From IMG/VR virus record IMGVR_UViG_3300025871_000002: a stretch of DNA of 34,702 nucleotides, one strand, 5' to 3'. Source of the stretch: a virus. The position numbers and the translations under genes are program-made. The notes under the pieces are model-generated. The model did no database searches, was not told the DNA's origin, and saw nothing but the letters and a program-made list of their open reading frames with translations. The stretch's first letter is position 1. Every line of letters starts with the position of its first letter. Of the stretch, positions 30,462-34,702 are shown piece after piece.

Positions 30462-30932
30462 ATGAACAGAAAACTAATGTTTAGTAATATTAACAATGCT
30501 TGGTGCACTCCTCAACCCTTTTTTGATAAGTTGAATATGGAGTTTGGTTTTACACTTGACCCTTGTGCTACTGAAAAATCAGCAAAATGTGAGAAATTTT
30601 ATACAGCAAAAGAAGATGGCTTAAAACAAGATTGGCGGGGAGAAGTTGTTTTTGTTAACCCTCCTTATGGCAGACAAATTGGAAAGTGGGTAAGGAAATG
30701 TTTTGAAGAAAGTCAAAAACCAAATACGACCATTGTTATCTTGATGCCAGCAAGAACAGATACAAGATACTTCCACGATTATATCTTAGGAAAAGCAGAA
30801 ATTAGATTTATTAAAGGCAGATTGACATTTTGGGATTTAGATGGAGAGAAGTTCAAAAAGGGTAAGTTTGACGAGATGACTCCTGCACCATTTCCAAGTA
30901 TGTTGGTTATTTACAAGAATGAAAGAGGATGA
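30462..30932 (+). CDS. dam: Phage Dam-family DNA N6-adenine methyltransferase
   Basis: AWCTPQPFFDKLNMEFGFTLDPCA, VVFVNPPYGRQIGKWVRK (NPPY catalytic motif), and ILMPARTDTRYFHDY...IRFIKGRLTF. Confidence 0.9.
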   Translation: MNRKLMFSNINNAWCTPQPFFDKLNMEFGFTLDPCATEKSAKCEKFYTAKEDGLKQDWRGEVVFVNPPYGRQIGKWVRKCFEESQKPNTTIVILMPARTDTRYFHDYILGKAEIRFIKGRLTFWDLDGEKFKKGKFDEMTPAPFPSMLVIYKNERG

Positions 30933-31009
30933 AGCAATCATAGTCGGGTTTATTACCACTTTGTTTTTTACTGCTTTTATTATTAGGTTCTTTGAAGAAA
31001 GGAGTAGCA

Positions 31010-31435
31010 ATGGGAGAAAGAGAAAATAGGCTTTTTCGGCTTCAGCAACTGCCCGGGACAGAACAGGAGCAGGCCCTCACCTTTGCCGAATTAAAAGAAG
31101 AAATAGAGGCAAGGGTAGACGAAGAAAAAAAACCCGGACAGGTCAAAGAGATTGAAAGGGCGCGTTTCTTGGCCGTCTTGGACGAAAACCTTAAATATCT
31201 CTATGACGAACTTATAGGCCTTCAACTCCATATCCGACAGATGGAAAACATCAAGGCGGATTTGTTTGAGGCGGAAGCGCAAGGAATGAGGATTCAGTTT
31301 GTAGAACAGGACGGAGAAATAACTTTCCGGGCTTATCCCAAAGAGCAAATGGGCTTTGCCAAACCGCTCAAGGTTGAGGACTCGGCCAAATGGCAACAAA
31401 CGGCTCGACAACGGCAAGCCAAAAGGAATGGCTGA
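31010..31435 (+). CDS. Hypothetical coiled-coil protein (141 aa)
   Basis: SD aaggag lies before ATG 31010. Its stop overlaps the next ATG (ATGGCTGA). Confidence 0.5.
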   Translation: MGERENRLFRLQQLPGTEQEQALTFAELKEEIEARVDEEKKPGQVKEIERARFLAVLDENLKYLYDELIGLQLHIRQMENIKADLFEAEAQGMRIQFVEQDGEITFRAYPKEQMGFAKPLKVEDSAKWQQTARQRQAKRNG

Positions 31436-33536
31436 TTGGAAACAATTAGAAAACGACCTCGGTTATCAAATTTATACAAAGGAGGAAATCAGAATGATGA
31501 AAGAAATCGGAAGAATAATCACGGACTCCAAAGGAACGGAAAAACCTATTTATCCCGGAACTTCACCCAACCTGCCAATTCAAGGGGAAGGAGAGATTAA
31601 ACGCCCCACTTTTACCACTTACGAGGAGGCACTGGAATGGAACAAACAGGCCCAGAAGCACACCGAACAGGCCATCAGCTTCACCCAAGAATACGCCAAG
31701 AGAATAGTTGAACCGCAATACGGCAACCGGATCATGGTCGTAAATGTCAGCGATGTTCATTGGGGACATTTTGACGTAGATTACGATTATGTTGACCAGC
31801 TTTTTAACCTCATTGAAAAGACCCCGGACACCTATTGTATTTTCGGCTGGAACCTCTTAGACGCTGCTATTCCGGCCCAATTCCCCGATGGCGTGATGTG
31901 GTCGGGACAGACAGCCCAAGAACAGGTTTACACCTTCAGGGATAAATTAAGGCGGCTGGATGGGTTGCACAAGATTCTGGGGGCAATAGGAGATTCACGT
32001 TGCTACGATGGAGAAACGGAAGTTTTGGTTCGTAATCATGGGTTTGTCAGATTTGACGCTTTATTAAAAAATGAATTTCCCAATGAATTAGAAGTGGCAA
32101 CTTTAAATTTACAAACAGGTGAATTTGAGTGGCAAAAACCAACAAGATGGATTAAAAAATGGCATAAGGGAAAAATTTATAATTTTGTTAATCAAAAAGT
32201 GAACTTTATGGTAACCCCCGACCATAATATGCTTTATTTTGAGAGAGAAGATAAACTCAATTTTAAAAGAATAGAAGCCCGGAATTGGGAACAGGGGGGA
32301 AAGCAATTTGTAAAAGGGAGTTGGAACTGGAAAGGTGTAAATAAAAAGAAATTATTTGGGTATGATGCAATTTTATTTATGCAATTATTGGGTTGGTATA
32401 TTTCTGAGGGGTATGTTCATAATTTGAAAAAAGGAAATATAGAAATTTGTCAAAAAAAGGAAAGTAAGTATTATTTAGAAATATGCGAATTATTAAAAAA
32501 AATGGGGATACATCCCATCAAATGTAAGACAGGAGTTCAATTTACAAATAGAAATCTTGCTAAATACCTCAAGAAACTTGGTTATTCGTGGAATAAATTT
32601 ATACCAGACGAATTTAAACAGTTATCCAAGAGGCATTTGTTGGCATTTTTATATTCCTATTGGAAAGGCGACGGTTACTTTGGGGATGGAAAAAGATGGA
32701 GGAAAAAAGATTCCCCAATTTGTTGTTCTACCGCAAGTAAACGACTCGCTTCCGATTTAGTTGAAATTATAATTAAGTGCGGATGGGGAGCAATGTTTTC
32801 TGAATGGGAAAGAGAAGCTGGTAATTTATTTCCAAATGGAAAACGGGCAAAAACAAGAAGAACACAATATAATGTAAATATATGCAGGAATATATTTCCA
32901 CATTTTCGTTCTAAACCTAAAATTAGAGAATATGACGACTATGTTTATTGCTTGAGTGTTCCAAATGAAGTCATTTTAGTAAGAAGAAAAGGGAAAGTAG
33001 CCTATAATTTTCAATGTCATGAAGGTTGGATGAAGCGCACGACAGGCTGGATGATATATCGGGAGTTGTTTGAGGGGATTGACGTACCGCTTCTTCTTAA
33101 CGGCGGGTATTTAGACGTTCAGGTAAAAGACGAGAGTTATCGGATAGGGCTTTTCCATAAAATTAAATACTGGTCTCAGTTTAACAAGACTCACGGCGGC
33201 GACAGGGCGATGGATAGGCTGGTGGATGCGGAGATTGTCTTTACTTCCCACCTTCACCAAGCCGCTACCGGCCAATCGCAGAGATATAATCCTCCTTTTA
33301 CGAAAGAGACGGCGGTTGTTTCTTCAGGAACCTGCAAACTGCACGACAAGTTCGCCAGGGGCATGATGGGATCGGAAGGAGAAAAAGGCGGGCAGGCAAT
33401 TATTCTCTGGGCGGATAAGCATAAGTTTAATACCGTCTTTGATTTGGAAGTCGGAAGCGAAATGATGTTTGACATGGTAAGGGCTAAAAACCTGGAGGAA
33501 CTGGCCAAAGTGAGGGAAGCCATCAAAAACCTCTAA
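31428..33536 (+). CDS. Calcineurin-like metallophosphoesterase precursor interrupted by an intein
   Basis: Extein motifs: VVNVSDVHWGH (DxH), LGAIGDSR/CHEGW (GNHE-like motif III, split by the intein), and VFTSHLHQA (GHxH-like). The start is set at ATG 31428, overlapping the upstream stop. Confidence 0.8.
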   Translation: MADWKQLENDLGYQIYTKEEIRMMKEIGRIITDSKGTEKPIYPGTSPNLPIQGEGEIKRPTFTTYEEALEWNKQAQKHTEQAISFTQEYAKRIVEPQYGNRIMVVNVSDVHWGHFDVDYDYVDQLFNLIEKTPDTYCIFGWNLLDAAIPAQFPDGVMWSGQTAQEQVYTFRDKLRRLDGLHKILGAIGDSRCYDGETEVLVRNHGFVRFDALLKNEFPNELEVATLNLQTGEFEWQKPTRWIKKWHKGKIYNFVNQKVNFMVTPDHNMLYFEREDKLNFKRIEARNWEQGGKQFVKGSWNWKGVNKKKLFGYDAILFMQLLGWYISEGYVHNLKKGNIEICQKKESKYYLEICELLKKMGIHPIKCKTGVQFTNRNLAKYLKKLGYSWNKFIPDEFKQLSKRHLLAFLYSYWKGDGYFGDGKRWRKKDSPICCSTASKRLASDLVEIIIKCGWGAMFSEWEREAGNLFPNGKRAKTRRTQYNVNICRNIFPHFRSKPKIREYDDYVYCLSVPNEVILVRRKGKVAYNFQCHEGWMKRTTGWMIYRELFEGIDVPLLLNGGYLDVQVKDESYRIGLFHKIKYWSQFNKTHGGDRAMDRLVDAEIVFTSHLHQAATGQSQRYNPPFTKETAVVSSGTCKLHDKFARGMMGSEGEKGGQAIILWADKHKFNTVFDLEVGSEMMFDMVRAKNLEELAKVREAIKNL
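32001..33014 (+). mobile_element. Intein with a LAGLIDADG homing-endonuclease domain (about 338 aa)
   Basis: N-terminal splice block CYDGETEVLV...; TPDHNML (block B-like); LAGLIDADG motifs LLGWYISEGYV and FLYSYWKGDGYF; C-terminal blocks VYCLSVPNEVILVRRKGKVAYNFQ followed by Cys. The insert is visibly more AT-rich than its flanks. The exact C-terminal boundary is uncertain. Confidence 0.8.
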
Positions 33537-33549
33537 AACTTGAGCCTAA

Positions 33550-33804
33550 ATGGCCCTTGACAAACAAAAATCAAAGGCTTATCATCGAAGTATGAAATCG
33601 ACCGAAGTTCCATACCAAGAACGGCCAGACTACGAGAAAATCGAGAAACTCCTTAAATTATACCGCACCGGCAGCTATACACAAACCTCGCTTGCTAAAA
33701 TGTGGAAGATCACCCGGCAAAGAGTAAACCAAATTATCAAGCAATATGGAAAGGAGGTGAAAACAAATGACTCGGGATCAAAAGGAGATCGCCCGCGAGA
33801 TTGA
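33550..33804 (+). CDS. Helix-turn-helix DNA-binding protein (84 aa)
   Basis: YTQTSLAKMWKITRQRVNQIIKQYG is a classic HTH, like sigma region 4 or a transcription-regulator HTH. Confidence 0.6.
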   Translation: MALDKQKSKAYHRSMKSTEVPYQERPDYEKIEKLLKLYRTGSYTQTSLAKMWKITRQRVNQIIKQYGKEVKTNDSGSKGDRPRD

Positions 33805-33970
33805 GAAACTTATCGTCAAGCAGATAAAGAAAGACGCCGATATTCTTAAAGTTTCATACAGCAAGGGCTACAAGGATGGCTACAGATGCGGAGTTGATGA
33901 TTACAGAAAAACAATAGATAATTTAAAGGAAGCTTACGAAACCGATAGTTGGGGTCATTATGAGGGATGA
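33767..33970 (+). CDS. Hypothetical protein (67 aa)
   Basis: ORF with SD aaggaggtga upstream. Overlaps both neighbouring genes. Confidence 0.45.
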   Translation: MTRDQKEIAREIEKLIVKQIKKDADILKVSYSKGYKDGYRCGVDDYRKTIDNLKEAYETDSWGHYEG

Positions 33971-34305
33971 ACGATTTTGCTAAAAGCATTGGCTTGGAAG
34001 AAAAGAAAAGATCTTATCCGGTTTATCAATACTCAATCTTTACCAAAAACGGGCGGGATGAGCAGTTAGTTATTCGGGCCGACACCTTTGAAGAACTGAT
34101 AGAGGCGAAAAGAAACATAGACAAGATTTTAGAGAAAAGAGAAGTAGCCCCAGCTCAACCCACTAAACCGGCCAACAAGACCTTTGTTTGCGCCAAGTGC
34201 GGTCAAGTGGCCGAATACAGAGAGGGTAAAAACGACCAAGGAAAAGAGTGGAGAGGGATATTCTGCACCGATAAAGAGAACTGCAAGTTTGTGAAGTGGC
34301 TTTGA
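33967..34305 (+). CDS. Protein with a C-terminal topoisomerase-type C4 zinc finger (112 aa)
   Basis: FVCAKCGQVAEYREGKNDQGKEWRGIFCTDKENCKFVKW fits the C.kCg...g..g.f..C....C pattern. Confidence 0.55.
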   Translation: MNDFAKSIGLEEKKRSYPVYQYSIFTKNGRDEQLVIRADTFEELIEAKRNIDKILEKREVAPAQPTKPANKTFVCAKCGQVAEYREGKNDQGKEWRGIFCTDKENCKFVKWL

Positions 34306-34358
34306 GCTTTGCGAGTGTTCGTTTCCGCAAGGCAACGAGCACTAAGGAGAACTCAAAA

Positions 34359-34517
34359 ATGATTTACGAAAACAAATGTTCAGATTGTAAAAAACTGATT
34401 ACCGAAGGCGAGGCCAGTTATTCCTTCCACGCTTGGGGAAAAGAATTGTGTTTTACCTGCCAAGAGAAGGCAAGGGATGAAGTAAGAAAACAAAGGGAAC
34501 TTTTAAAAATCAATTAG
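34359..34517 (+). CDS. Small zinc-ribbon protein (52 aa)
   Basis: SD aaggag lies before ATG 34359. Motif: CSDCKK...CFTCQEK. Confidence 0.5.
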   Translation: MIYENKCSDCKKLITEGEASYSFHAWGKELCFTCQEKARDEVRKQRELLKIN

Positions 34518-34575
34518 CGATTTGGAAGCTTATAAGTTTTAAACGGACACGGCGGTTCGGGACACCGATTTTGAA

Positions 34576-34702
34576 CATTTATTGTTCCGCCCCAATAGGG
34601 CCACCTCTCCTGAGCCGCTCTGTTTATTTAAAACTATGCGAAGGCCAGCAGAATGTATAACAACCTGCCCATACAATCAGTCTTAGCGATATATATTCCC
34701 AA
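34576..34702. repeat. Right copy of the exact 127-bp terminal direct repeat
   Basis: Identical to 1-127. It re-starts the first gene (ATG at 78 corresponds to 34653). Confidence 0.95.

Noticed and set aside
34518-34702. Promoter or origin signals in the wrap-around intergenic region (34518-34575 plus 1-77), for example ttgaac at 34571-34576 and repeated ggacac motifs
   Set aside because: The -10 candidate 17 nt downstream (aatagg) is poor and the repeats are short. This region probably holds the early promoter, but the sequence alone does not let me place it.
1-34702. tRNA, rRNA, tmRNA, integrase/attP and toxin-antitoxin genes
   Set aside because: I scanned the few non-coding gaps by eye (7669-7836, 8174-8267, 19415-19517, 24947-25034, 30356-30461, 34518-77). 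None contains a cloverleaf-compatible sequence of about 75 nt with a GTTCRANNC T-loop. No ORF shows integrase (R..H.R..Y) or recombinase motifs.

Overview
The window is a complete tailed dsDNA phage genome of about 34.6 kb. Bases 1-127 recur exactly at 34576-34702, so the unique length is 34575 bp and the contig closes on itself. All credible genes lie on the + strand, are tightly packed, often share ATGA or 4-11 nt overlaps, and mostly have strong AGGAGG-type Shine-Dalgarno sites. All minus-strand and alternative-frame track ORFs look like shadows. Module order: (1) 78-5068, early small proteins, including a membrane-anchored GH73-like murein hydrolase, two Ala-Ala-(Tyr/Asp) repeat proteins with an Imm5-like core, duplicated cassettes and many CxxC zinc-ribbon proteins; (2) 5140-6811, small and large terminase; (3) 7669-8267, an unusual mostly non-coding stretch with a C-depleted GGTGA pentamer array around a G-quadruplex-type core, a tandem DUF2292-like small ORF pair with a frame break, and a near-consensus promoter followed about 40 nt later by a hairpin plus T7 abutting the portal ATG; (4) 8268-13226, portal, scaffold, major capsid and small head proteins; (5) 13223-19414, an eight-to-nine gene soluble sugar-modification cassette (split minimal transketolase-like ThDP enzyme, SDR epimerase/dehydratase, FkbM methyltransferase, up to four glycosyltransferases) wedged between head and tail genes; (6) 19518-28856, tail and internal virion proteins, including a 1342-aa protein with a histone-like Lys-rich tail; (7) 28885-30355, lysis cassette; (8) 30462-34517, Dam-type N6-adenine methyltransferase, a metallophosphoesterase interrupted by a LAGLIDADG intein, an HTH protein and zinc-finger proteins. 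I found no tRNA, CRISPR array, integrase, DNA polymerase, tail tube, sheath or classical tape measure, so the virion is probably short-tailed and replication host-dependent. All family names come from motif recognition by eye. No database search was run.
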